The notes under the pieces: model-generated | Database searches by the model: none | Seen by the model: the letters and a program-made list of their open reading frames with translations, nothing else | What the model was told of the DNA's origin: nothing | Assembly (NCBI GenBank): GCA_963840855.1 | Contig: CAWJBB010000029.1 | Coordinates: 1 to 27,562, forward strand | DNA from: an uncultured delta proteobacterium | GTDB lineage: Bacteria > Desulfobacterota > Binatia > UBA9968 | Reading direction: 5' to 3' | DNA: 27,562 bases | Shown here: piece by piece, positions 1 to 9,550 of the stretch | How positions within the stretch are numbered: position 1 is the stretch's first letter | Layout of the letters: every line of letters begins with the position of its first letter | Position numbers and translations under genes: made by a program

Positions 1-35
1 AAGATCTAACATCAAAGCTCGAAGCGCTCCACGAA

Positions 36-1310
36 GTGCTGACAAGAGTGAGAGTTCCCCCGGCCTATAATCCGGGAAAATGGTTTGCCGGCCCGGTTAA
101 TTTTGCCCCCGGCGGTGCGCGCAGGCATGAATCTGCCCGAGCGAGTGGAAATATGTGACGTGACCCTGCGGGAAGCGTCGCAAGCCTACTTTGGCAAGAA
201 GGAATTCATTGCCCTGGCCCATGAGTTGGACGATGCCGGGGTAGCCGTTATCCAATTCCTTTTGCCCAAAAACGACGGCGTGAAATCCGAGGAGATGCAG
301 ACATTCAAGGAACTCGGCAAGCAGAAGCTTTCAGCGAAACTGCAAGTCTACGGTTTGAGCTCGGAACCCGAAATGGACATGGCTGCCGAGTATGGCGCGG
401 ACAGCATCTGCTACACCGTCTTCCCTATTCCGCAATGGCAGCCCGTATTCGCCGCGCGCAACGCGTCGCGCAACGGTCAGAAGTCCTTGAAAGGTCCAAA
501 GCGGTGCGCACCGAAGACGACTTGATCGAATACATGGAAAAGATGGCGGAAGCAGCAAAGGCTCGCGGCTTGAAGTCACGCCCTATCACCAACTTTTTCT
601 CTATGGCGCCCATCGACTTTATCATTAGATACGCGAAAGCTTGTGAACGCGCCCAAGTGTACGCGCTCAATCTCACCGATCCAGCCGGCAACATGGGTCC
701 GGCGGGCTATCGCTATGTCATTTCGGAAGTGAAGAAGGCGGCCCCGCGTCTGACCGTCGGCGTTCACGCCCACAATGACCTGGGTTTGGCTACTGCTAAT
801 GCTTTGGCTGCAGTCGAGGGCGGCGCCACTCAAGTAGACGTGACCATCAATGGCACGGGCGCTAGAGCGGACAACGCTACCATGGCCGAGGTGGTGGTAG
901 CCTTGGAGGCTCTGTATGGAATTAAGACGGGTATGAAATTAGAGCGCTTGACGGGCCTGTCGAAGATGTTTGAAGACCTATCACGGTGGCCGACTCCTAA
1001 GGACAAACCGCTCGTCGGCGAGTATGCCTTCACCGATGCCAGCGAAACTCACAGCTTTCTTCTTCAGGCTGATCCATTGTTATTCGCCCCGGTCAGGCCT
1101 GAACTGGTGGGCAACAAACGGCGCAGCCACTTGGACCTCAAGTCGGGAATTCACACTCTCAAGATGCGGTTACACGAGATCGGGATCGACTTGCCGGAAG
1201 AACGGTTGCCCGTCTTGTTGGCCCAAATCAAGTCCAAGCTTGCGACGAGACGCAGGCTCCTTACTGAAGAGGAAATCAGAGACTGCGTTGCGGAGATAAG
1301 CAGCAGCTAA
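36..1310 (+). pseudogene. DRE-TIM metallolyase (homocitrate/2-isopropylmalate synthase-like), copy 1, two frameshifts (possibly sequencing errors)
   Basis: Near-identical to 6312..7586. It has an extra C in the C-run at 106-110 and a missing G near 461, which split it into ORFs 85..525 and 435..1310. Motifs DVTLRE and HAHNDLGLATANAL are present. Confidence 0.85.
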
Positions 1311-1417
1311 TCCAAGGCTTCGTGATGAACGATATCAAGGTGAAAAATACATGTTGGCCGCGCGGAAACCTAAGGATCTTTTGTTTGATTGGCCTCAGGA
1401 ACGAGGGGAGAACGTCG

Positions 1418-2434
1418 ATGAACAAATCGATTATTCAAGTCAGATATTGGCTGCTGCTGGCCGCTTTGCTGCTGCCGCAAAATCTTTGGCCAGCGCAGGC
1501 GGTCGATTTGAACGCCGCGCGCAAGGAAGGAAAACTAACGATCTACGCGTCGATCTCGCTTGACGATATCAACATCCTGGCTCGGGCATTCGAGAAAAAA
1601 TACCCTTGGATCCAGGTCACAACCTATCGCGCAGGAAAGATCAACCTGGGCCAACGCATGGTCACCGAGGCGCGCGCGCGCCGGCATACTTTCGATGTTC
1701 TGCTTTCCAGCGCCTTCACAACCCTGGAAATGAAAGCGCAGAATCTGCTCGTTCAGTACCGGTCGCCGGAAAGCTCCGGCCTCTCGGCCGAACTGCGCGA
1801 CCCGCAAGGGTACTGGGCCGCCGGGCAAATCAACACGATGTCGTTGTCCTACAACACTAAGCTGATCAATAAACAAGATCTGCCGCAACAGTGGCCCGAT
1901 CTTCTGAATCCCAAGTGGCGAGGTAAGATCGCCGTCAACGCCAATCGGCCGGAATGGTACATCGGGCTTTTGCAGTTGATGGGCGACGAGCAAGGGCGCA
2001 AGTACATGAAGTCGCTGGCCGAGCTAAAGACGATTCCGATCGAAAGCGCGAGCCTGGCGGACTCACTCCTGTCCGCGGGCGAATACCCTGCCTACGTCAA
2101 TTCTTCGCCCGCCACCACCGAGCGCGAAAAGAAAAAAGGCGCGCCCGTGGACTGGGTCAATATCACTCCCTTGCCCACTTATCCGATCCTGGTCTCGGTG
2201 TCTTCGCATGCAAACTACCCGCATGCGGCCAGATTGATGGCTGATTTTCTTTTGTCTCAAGAGGGGCAGCAAGTCTTCGCCGGCATTCCGCGCATCCCGG
2301 CGAAGGCCGGCATTGAAACCAAACCGGCGAGCCTCACCAAGGGAGTCAAACTGTTTTACATTGACGTCAACAGGATGGCGGGGAAGTCCGATGATCTCGA
2401 AGAGGAGTTCCGAAAGACTTTTGGCTTGCGTTAG
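1418..2434 (+). CDS. ABC transporter extracellular solute-binding protein, Fe3+/thiamine (AfuA/FbpA-like) class, copy 1
   Basis: ATG 1418 follows GAGGGGAG. Signal peptide (WLLLAALLLP...AQA). Motifs ARKEGKLTIY, YNTKLI..P..WPDLLNPKWRGKI and HAARLMADFLLSQEGQ. Confidence 0.88.
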   Translation: MNKSIIQVRYWLLLAALLLPQNLWPAQAVDLNAARKEGKLTIYASISLDDINILARAFEKKYPWIQVTTYRAGKINLGQRMVTEARARRHTFDVLLSSAFTTLEMKAQNLLVQYRSPESSGLSAELRDPQGYWAAGQINTMSLSYNTKLINKQDLPQQWPDLLNPKWRGKIAVNANRPEWYIGLLQLMGDEQGRKYMKSLAELKTIPIESASLADSLLSAGEYPAYVNSSPATTEREKKKGAPVDWVNITPLPTYPILVSVSSHANYPHAARLMADFLLSQEGQQVFAGIPRIPAKAGIETKPASLTKGVKLFYIDVNRMAGKSDDLEEEFRKTFGLR

Positions 2435-2457
2435 GCAAAAAGGTAAAAGGGCAAAGC
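2434..2457 (+). repeat. Three imperfect 8-mer tandem units (GGCAAAAA GGTAAAAG GGCAAAGC), present only in copy 1
   Basis: Copy 2 has only GGCTAAAAAGC at the same place. This is the largest indel between the copies. Confidence 0.5.
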
Positions 2458-2500
2458 AGACGCGACTCCACAGGAGACCAGAAGGGACACTTTTCTAACT

Positions 2501-3204
2501 ATGAAAGCTTCCTGGAAAGAACTGAAGACCGAGAGCGGAGCCATGCGCGTTCACCTTAGTCTGCCCGATGGCGCGGGCCCGTTTCCGGGGTCGTCATCAT
2601 CCATAACCAGGGAGGCATTAACGACATTCTGCATCTTCCGGCTGAACTTGCGAGTGCCGGTTATGCCGCCGCGGCTCCCGATATGTACTACCGGGATGGC
2701 ATCGACTGCCGGGATCCGGCGCCGACCCGAAGAGCCCGCCTGCGGGATGCAAGCGTCATCACGGACGTGAACGCTACGGTCGATTTCTTCAAGGGGCAGC
2801 AGGGGGTCGATGGCGCGTGGCTCGGTATCCTCGGCTTCTGCATGGGCGGGCGGGTGACTTATCTCATGGCGGCGGCAAACCCAAGCTTCAAGGTTGCGGT
2901 GATGTATTATGGAGGCGGAATTTTTCGCTCCTGGGGCGATGCCCCCTCGCCGTTTGAGCGCACTGCCGAAATTCATTGCCCGATCATGGGACATTTTGGC
3001 GAGGAAGACGAGAACCCATCTCCGGAAGATGTTCAAAAGTTCGCCGCCGAACTGACCGCGCACGGGAAGGTCCATGAATTCCATTCCTACACCGGGGCCG
3101 GCCACGCCTTTATGAACAAGTCGCGCGACACCTATCGCCAACACGCCGCGGACCTTTCCTGGCCCCGGACCATAGGATTTTTCACGAAACATCTGGCCGG
3201 TTAA
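2501..3204 (+). pseudogene. Dienelactone hydrolase family protein, copy 1, one frameshift
   Basis: Matches 8765..9469. An A is missing near 2590 (CCGGGG-TCGTC vs CCGGGGATCGTC). GFCMGG and GAGHAF motifs are present in ORF 2683..3204. Confidence 0.85.
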
Positions 3205-3284
3205 CACCGAAGGTTCCGGAACCTGTGACTTCCAACCCTGCGACAAGCAGCCTTTAGGGCACCCGGCATGACAAGGATGCTAGC

Positions 3285-4955
3285 GTGGTTATCGTTTTAG
3301 CGGGCGCCATTGTTCTCGTTGCCTATTTTGCCCTTACACCCTTGCTCATGCTTCTCTACAGCAGCTTGAGCGATGCCCCGCCCGGAAGTCTCGGCAATCT
3401 CACGCTCGCGCATTATTCCCGCGCTTACCTGGATCCCGAGTTTTATGTGCTGTTTTGGAACACGCTCAAGTTCGCTCTCGGCGCCGCCGCGCTGTCTTTT
3501 ACTTTTGGCGGTGTGCTCGCGTGGATCTGCGAGCGCACGAACACGCCGCTGCGCGGCGTGATTTCGGGCCTCGTGCTCGTGCTCTTTATCGTTCCCGGCA
3601 TTTTGGAAACCGTCGCCTGGATTCTATTACTCTCACCCCAGATCGGTCTCATCAATCTCTTCATCAGGAACGTGTTGGCGCTGCCGGATTTCTCCCTCAA
3701 TGTCTTTTCTCTCGGCGGCATGATCTGGGCGGAATCGATGAACCTTTATCCCCTCGTCTTTCTTTTGCTGTCCGCCGCGTTCAGATCCCAGGACATTGCC
3801 ATGGAGGAAGCCTCGCTGGCGTGCGGCGCCGGGAATTTTACGACGTTTATTCGCATAACCCTGAGGCTGGTCATGCCCGCGATGCTGTCGGTTTTGCTGA
3901 TCACGTTTATCCGCGCTGTCGAATCCTTTGAGGTGCCCGCCCTGATTGGCGCCCGCGCCGGGGTTTTCGTTTTTACGAGCAAGATCTACAGCGCGCTTCA
4001 GAGGTTGCGGCCGCAGTACGGTATCGCCGGCGCCTATTCGTTAACTCTTCTTGTCATTAGCATCGCGGGAGTCTGGCTCTACACTCGCATGACCAAGGCA
4101 GGAGAAAGCTTTGCCATCATCACCGGCAAGGGATATCGCCCCCGCCGCATCGACCTGGGGCCGTGGCGATGTCTGGTGTGCGTCTTTGCTCTTCTCATCG
4201 TGGCCGCGACCGCTGTGCTTCCAATCGCCAACCTGCTCTGGTCGTCTCTTACCCCGTATATGGCCGTGCCTTCGTGGGAAATGTTGCCGCGTCTTTCCTG
4301 GAAAAGCTACGGCGACCTTTTTGCCTATCCGTTCGGGCGCAAAGCGCTCACGAACAGCCTGATGCTCTCCTTTGCCAGCGCGACCGGCGTCATGCTGCTG
4401 ACTTCACTGATCGCTTGGATCACCGTTAAATCGAGGCTGCGCGGGCGCGTCCTCCTCGACAATCTTGCTTTTCTACCAATCGCTGTCCCGGGCCTTGTGT
4501 TGGGAGTGAGCCTACTTGTGCTATATCTCACCCTTCCGATTCCTATCTACGGCACGCTGTGGATCCTGTTCATCGCTTACATGACCAGATACTTGCCCTA
4601 CGGAATCCGCGCGGCGTCGGCGTCGATGATCCAGATCAGCAAAGAGCTCGAAGAGGCGTCCGTGGCCAGCGGCGCGAGCTGGTTGCAGACTTTTTACAAG
4701 GTCTTGCTTCCCCTGCTCATGCCGGGTTTTATTGCCGGTTGGGTATATATTGCGATTGTATCCTTGCGGGAGCTTTCGACCTCGATTCTGCTCTATACAC
4801 AGGACAGTATCGTGCTCTCGATTTTGATATTTGACATGTGGGAATCGGGACTCTACAACACCGTCTCGGCCCTGGGCGTGCTCATGGTAGTCTTTCTGAT
4901 GCTCGTGACCTGGGCGGCGCGAAAGGTCGGCGCGCGCATCGGGTCCATCGACTAG
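3285..4955 (+). CDS. ABC transporter permease, FbpB/ThiP-like (two fused BPD_transp_1 domains), copy 1
   Basis: 556 aa, highly hydrophobic, with two EAA loops (MEEASLACGA, LEEASVASGA) and ITGKGYRP. Confidence 0.93.
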   Translation: MVIVLAGAIVLVAYFALTPLLMLLYSSLSDAPPGSLGNLTLAHYSRAYLDPEFYVLFWNTLKFALGAAALSFTFGGVLAWICERTNTPLRGVISGLVLVLFIVPGILETVAWILLLSPQIGLINLFIRNVLALPDFSLNVFSLGGMIWAESMNLYPLVFLLLSAAFRSQDIAMEEASLACGAGNFTTFIRITLRLVMPAMLSVLLITFIRAVESFEVPALIGARAGVFVFTSKIYSALQRLRPQYGIAGAYSLTLLVISIAGVWLYTRMTKAGESFAIITGKGYRPRRIDLGPWRCLVCVFALLIVAATAVLPIANLLWSSLTPYMAVPSWEMLPRLSWKSYGDLFAYPFGRKALTNSLMLSFASATGVMLLTSLIAWITVKSRLRGRVLLDNLAFLPIAVPGLVLGVSLLVLYLTLPIPIYGTLWILFIAYMTRYLPYGIRAASASMIQISKELEEASVASGASWLQTFYKVLLPLLMPGFIAGWVYIAIVSLRELSTSILLYTQDSIVLSILIFDMWESGLYNTVSALGVLMVVFLMLVTWAARKVGARIGSID

Positions 4956-5150
4956 AATCACCCCCTTGCTTCGACATGATTGCCCGTGCTAGCGGAAAGA
5001 AAGCACCCGGTATTCCGCCCTGTCGTGATTCACGAACCTGTTGGCACGACAGTGACCGCGCTTTCGCGACCTGTTTCGCTGAGATTGATGCAAATTTTAC
5101 TCTCTTCGTTTAGTCTTAAGGAGATCGCCTGATGTCGGACCGAACGAAAC

Positions 5151-5175
5151 GATCCCTTGTAAAATCACAGGGATC
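5151..5175. promoter_or_regulatory. Inverted repeat GATCCCT-N11-AGGGATC just upstream of the SBP2 ribosome-binding site (hairpin or operator), copy 1
   Basis: Perfect 7-bp arms. The arms are identical in copy 2 (11414-11438) while 3 of 11 spacer bases differ. Confidence 0.4.
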
Positions 5176-5190
5176 GAAAAAGGGGTTTGG

Positions 5191-6285
5191 ATGCAAAAGA
5201 CAGAAACTCAACTGTCGGGACGCTTTGCCCTGATTGCCCTCTTGTTCGTTGCCTCGTTGCTGCTTCAGGCAACACCCGCCTTTGTTGCGGGGTCAGATCC
5301 GCGCCCGCGGGCTGCTGTCGTCGCGGCGCCGCAGGAAACGGAAAAACAGCGAGAGGCGCAATTGATCGAAGGCGCCAAAAAAGAAGGCAAAGTAATTTAT
5401 TGGGATGCCAGTACGGCCAAGGAGTGGGAGCCTGTCTTTAACAAGTTCCGCCAGAAATACCCGTTCCTTGTTGTCGAACATTGGAGAGGGGGCGACGAGC
5501 AAATCCATCAAAAAATGACTGCAGAGGCCAGAGCAGGACTCCATAATGTTGATTTTCGAGCACCGAGATCAATCTCATAGCAGACCTAAAGAAGATTGGA
5601 CTGATGAAGAAATACCATTGGCCAAAACCTCGGAATGGTCTCCCCAATATAAGACCGGGACGGCTATTGGATTGCCAGCAATATCAACTGTGCGGTGGTT
5701 GCCTACAATACTAATTTGGTTTCGCCTGCGGAAGCTCCGAAAAATTGGGATGATCTTTTGAATCCGAAATGGAAAGGCTCGATATCGATGGAGCCGGATG
5801 GGGGCGAGTGGGTGCTCATGCTGTGGGCCGCGTGGGGTAAGGACAAGACTGTGAACTATCTGAAGGCCCTTTCAAAAAACAATATCGTTTTGGCGCAGGA
5901 TCGACGGCGCGCACTGAAATGCTCGCGGCCGGTGCATTCAAGATTGACTTGCGCCTGAACCTCCATCGCATCCCGGAATTCCAAAAGAAGGGCGCGCCGA
6001 TAGAATGGGTAAGAACCGATCCATTTTAGCAAGGGCCGCGCCAAGATTCATTGCAGAACGCGCTCCCCATCCCAATGCCGCCATACTTTTTGCTGATTTT
6101 TTACCTCGTCCGAGGGACAACAGGCGTACAACGATGCTTCCGGAAGACTCATGCCGGATCCCAGAGTCAAGAGCAAATTAGCTGAAGCCCTGAAAGGGCA
6201 TAGGGTAGTACTGTTCCCGATCGAATTGGCAGGGCAAGGCAATGAAGCCGACCGGATATTCCGCGATATTTTCTTGAAATTCTAA
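5191..6285 (+). pseudogene. Second ABC solute-binding protein, copy 1, six single-base deletions
   Basis: Aligns to 11454..12551 with 1-nt deletions near 5556, 5626, 5654, 5890, 6022 and 6097. Ends TTC TTG AAA TTC TAA across the repeat junction. Confidence 0.85.
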
Positions 6286-6311
6286 CATCAAAGCTCGAAG
6301 CACTCCACGAA

Positions 6312-7586
6312 GTGCTGACAAGAGTGAGAATTCCCCCGGCCTATAATCCGGGAAAATGGTTTGCCGGCCCGGTTAATTTTGCCCCGGCGGTCCGCGCAGG
6401 CATGAATCTGCCCGAGCGAGTGGAGATATGTGACGTGACCCTGCGGGAAGCGTCGCAAGCCTACTTTGGCAAGAAGGAATTCATTGCCCTGGCCAATGAA
6501 TTGAACGATGCCGGGGTAGCCGTTATCCAATTCCTTTTGCCAAAAAACGAAGGCGTGAAATCCGAGGAGATGCAAACATTCAAGGAACTCGGCAAGCAGC
6601 AGCTTTCAGCGAAACTGCAAGTTTACGGTTTAAGCTCGGAAGCCGAAATGGACATGGCTGCTGAGTATGGCGCGGACAGCATCTGCTACACCGTTTTCCC
6701 TATTCCGCAATGGCAGCCCGTATTCGCCGCGCGCAAGCGCGTCGCTCAACGGTCAGAAGTCCTTGAAAGGTCCAAAGCGGTGCGCACCGAAGGCGACTTG
6801 ATCGAATACATGGAAAAGATGGCGGAAGCAGCAAAGACTCGCGGCTTGAAGTCACGCCCTATCACCAACTTTTTCTCTATGGCGCCCATCGACTTTATCA
6901 TTAGATACGCGAAAGCTTGTGAACGCGCCCAAGTGTACGCGCTCAATCTCACCGATCCAGCCGGCAACATGGGTCCGGCGGGCTATCGCTATGTCATTTC
7001 GGAAGTGAAGAAGGCGGCCCCGCGTCTAACCGTCGGTGTTCACGCCCACAATGACCTGGGTTTGGCTACTGCTAATGCTTTGGCTGCGGTCGAGGGCGGC
7101 GCCACTCAAGTAGACGTGACCATCAATGGCACGGGCGCAAGAGCGGGCAACGCTACCATGGCCGAGGTGGTCGTAGCCTTGGAGGCTCTGTATGGAATTA
7201 AGACGGGTATGAAATTAGAGCGCTTGACAGGCCTGTCGAAGATGTTTGAAGACCTGTCACGGTGGCCGACTCCTAAGGACAAACCGCTCGTCGGCGAGTA
7301 TGCCTTCACCGATGCCAGCGAAACTCACAGCTTTCTTCTTCAGGCTGATCCATTGTTATTCGCCCCGGTCAGGCCTGAACTGGTGGGCAACAAACGGCGC
7401 AGCCACTTGGACCTCAAGTCGGGAATTCACACTCTCAAGATGCGGTTACACGAGATCGGGGTCGACTTGCCGGAAGAACGGTTGCCCGTCTTGTTGGCCC
7501 AAATCAAGTCCAAGCTTGCGACGAGACGCAGGCTCCTTACTGAAGAGGAAATCAGAGACTGCGTTGCGGAGATAAGCAGCAGCTAA
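6312..7586 (+). CDS. DRE-TIM metallolyase, homocitrate/isopropylmalate/citramalate synthase-like, divergent active site, no regulatory domain
   Basis: 424 aa. EICDVTLREASQ, LTDPAG, HAHNDLGLATANALAAVEGGA, TINGTGARAGNA, KPLVGEYAF and PELVGN..SG match the HMGL-like barrel plus the post-catalytic subdomain. The start codon is uncertain. Confidence 0.88.
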   Translation: MLTRVRIPPAYNPGKWFAGPVNFAPAVRAGMNLPERVEICDVTLREASQAYFGKKEFIALANELNDAGVAVIQFLLPKNEGVKSEEMQTFKELGKQQLSAKLQVYGLSSEAEMDMAAEYGADSICYTVFPIPQWQPVFAARKRVAQRSEVLERSKAVRTEGDLIEYMEKMAEAAKTRGLKSRPITNFFSMAPIDFIIRYAKACERAQVYALNLTDPAGNMGPAGYRYVISEVKKAAPRLTVGVHAHNDLGLATANALAAVEGGATQVDVTINGTGARAGNATMAEVVVALEALYGIKTGMKLERLTGLSKMFEDLSRWPTPKDKPLVGEYAFTDASETHSFLLQADPLLFAPVRPELVGNKRRSHLDLKSGIHTLKMRLHEIGVDLPEERLPVLLAQIKSKLATRRRLLTEEEIRDCVAEISSS

Positions 7587-7693
7587 TCCAAGGCTTCGTG
7601 GTGAACGATATCAAGGTGAAAAATACACGTTGGCCGCGCGGAAACCTAAGGATCTTTTGTTTGATTGGCCTCAGGAACGAGGGGAGAACGTCG

Positions 7694-8710
7694 ATGAACA
7701 AACCGATTATTCAAGTCAGATATTGGCTGCTGCTGGCCGCTTTAGTGCTGCCGCAAAATCTTTGGCCAGCGCAGGCGGTCGATTTGAACGCCGCGCGCAA
7801 GGAAGGAAAACTAACGATCTACGCGTCGATCTCGCTTGACGATATCAACATCCTGGCTCGGGCATTCGAGAAAAAATACCCTTGGATCCAGGTCACAACC
7901 TATCGCGCAGGAAAGATCAACCTGGGCCAACGCATGGTCACCGAGGCGCGCGCGCGCCGGCATACTTTCGATGTTCTGCTTTCCAGCGCCTTCACAACCC
8001 TGGAAATGAAAGCGCAGAATCTGCTCGTTCAGTACCGGTCGCCGGAAAGCTCCGGCCTCCCGGCCGAACTGCGCGACCCGCAAGGGTACTGGGCCGCCGG
8101 GCAAATCAACACGATGTCGTTGTCCTACAACACCAAGCTGATCAATAAACAAGATCTGCCGCAACAGTGGCCCGATCTTCTGAATCCCAAGTGGCGAGGT
8201 AAGATCGCCGTCAACGCCAATCGGCCGGAATGGTACATCGGGCTTTTGCAGTTGATGGGCGACGAGCAAGGGCGCAAGTACATGAAGTCGCTGGCCGAGC
8301 TAAAGACGATTCCGATCGAAAGCGCGAGCCTGGCGGACTCACTCCTGTCCGCAGGCGAATACCCTGCCTACGTCAACTCTTCGCCCGCCACCACCGAGCG
8401 CGAAAAGAAAAAAGGCGCGCCCGTGGACTGGGTCAATATCACTCCCTTGCCCACTTATCCGATCCTGGTCTCCGTGTCTTCGCATGCAAACTACCCGCAT
8501 GCGGCCAGATTGATGGCCGATTTTCTCCTGTCTCAAGAGGGACAGCAAGTCTTCGCCGGCATTCCGCGCATCCCGGCGAAGGCCGGCATTGAGACCAAAC
8601 CGGCGAGCCTCACCAAGGGAGTCAAACTGTTTTACATTGACGTGAACAAGATGGCGGGGAAGTCCGATGATCTCGAAGAGGAATTCCGAAAGACTTTTGG
8701 CTTGCGTTAG
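7694..8710 (+). CDS. ABC solute-binding protein (Fe3+/thiamine class), copy 2
   Basis: Same motifs as 1418..2434, with 4 aa differences. Confidence 0.88.
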   Translation: MNKPIIQVRYWLLLAALVLPQNLWPAQAVDLNAARKEGKLTIYASISLDDINILARAFEKKYPWIQVTTYRAGKINLGQRMVTEARARRHTFDVLLSSAFTTLEMKAQNLLVQYRSPESSGLPAELRDPQGYWAAGQINTMSLSYNTKLINKQDLPQQWPDLLNPKWRGKIAVNANRPEWYIGLLQLMGDEQGRKYMKSLAELKTIPIESASLADSLLSAGEYPAYVNSSPATTEREKKKGAPVDWVNITPLPTYPILVSVSSHANYPHAARLMADFLLSQEGQQVFAGIPRIPAKAGIETKPASLTKGVKLFYIDVNKMAGKSDDLEEEFRKTFGLR

Positions 8711-8764
8711 GCTAAAAAGCAGACGCGACTTCACAGGAGACCCAGAAGGGACACTTTTCTAACT

Positions 8765-9469
8765 ATGAAAGCTTCCTGGAAAGAACTGAAGACCGAGAGC
8801 GGGGCCATGCGCGTTCACCTTAGTCTGCCCGATGGAGCGGGCCCGTTTCCGGGGATCGTCATCATCCATAACCAGGGAGGCATTAACGACATTCTGCATC
8901 TTCCGGCTGAACTTGCGAGTGCCGGTTATGCCGCCGCGGCTCCCGATATTTACTACCGGGATGGCATCGACTGCCGGGATCCGGCGCCGACCCGAAGAGC
9001 CCGTCTGCGGGATGCAAGCGTTATCACGGATGTGAATGTTACAGTCGATTTCTTCAAGGGGCAGCAGCGGGTCGATGGCGCGCGGCTCGGTGTCCTTGGC
9101 TTCTGCATGGGCGGGCGGGTGACTTATCTTATGGCTGCGGCAAACCCAAGCTTCAAGGCTGCGGTGATGTATTATGGAGGCGGAATTTTTCGCTCCTGGG
9201 GCGATGGCCCCTCGCCGTTTGAGCGCACTGCCGAAATTCATTGCCCGATGATGGGACATTTTGGCGAGGAAGACGAGAACCCATCTCCGGAAGATGTTCA
9301 AAAGCTCGCTGCCGAACTGACCGCGCACGGGAAGGTCCACGAATTCCATTCCTACACCGGGGCCGGCCACGCCTTTATGAACAAGTCGCGCGATACCTAT
9401 CGCCAACACGCCGCGGACCTTTCCTGGCCCCGGACCATAGGATTTTTCACGAAACATCTGGCCGGTTAA
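8765..9469 (+). CDS. Dienelactone hydrolase family protein
   Basis: 234 aa. Cys nucleophile elbow GFCMGG, acid in GHFGEED and His in YTGAGHAF. N-terminal GPFPGIVII and APDIY. Confidence 0.92.
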   Translation: MKASWKELKTESGAMRVHLSLPDGAGPFPGIVIIHNQGGINDILHLPAELASAGYAAAAPDIYYRDGIDCRDPAPTRRARLRDASVITDVNVTVDFFKGQQRVDGARLGVLGFCMGGRVTYLMAAANPSFKAAVMYYGGGIFRSWGDGPSPFERTAEIHCPMMGHFGEEDENPSPEDVQKLAAELTAHGKVHEFHSYTGAGHAFMNKSRDTYRQHAADLSWPRTIGFFTKHLAG

Positions 9470-9550
9470 CGCCGGAGGTTCCGGAACCTTTGACTTTCAA
9501 CCCTGCGACAAGCAGCCGACAGGCGCACCAGGCATAACAAGGATGCTAGC

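Larger units (their letters stand above)
5..6280 (+). repeat. Tandem duplication unit, copy 1 (~6.27 kb, five genes)
   Basis: TCTAACATCAAAGCTCGAAG at 5 recurs at 6281 (offset 6276). All five genes and the spacers recur collinearly. The unit ends at ...GATATTTTCTTGAAAT (6280), which recurs ending at 12549. Confidence 0.97.

Noticed and set aside
3255-3257. In-frame TAG as pyrrolysine or readthrough
   Set aside because: No pyl genes are in the window, it is not a methyltransferase context, and copy 2 does not keep the TAG.
5042-5058. Sigma-54 promoter (TGGCACG)
   Set aside because: The -12 element is TGAC rather than TTGC, and the motif is explained as one arm of an inverted repeat.
5128-5180. 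Hammerhead-ribozyme-like string CTGATG...CGAAAC followed by a stem
   Set aside because: The core reads CUGAUGU instead of CUGANGA, no NUH cleavage triplet closes stem III, and no stem I partner is evident.
6312-7586. Gene symbols leuA, nifV or lys20
   Set aside because: Key motifs are altered and there is no leu, nif or lys context.
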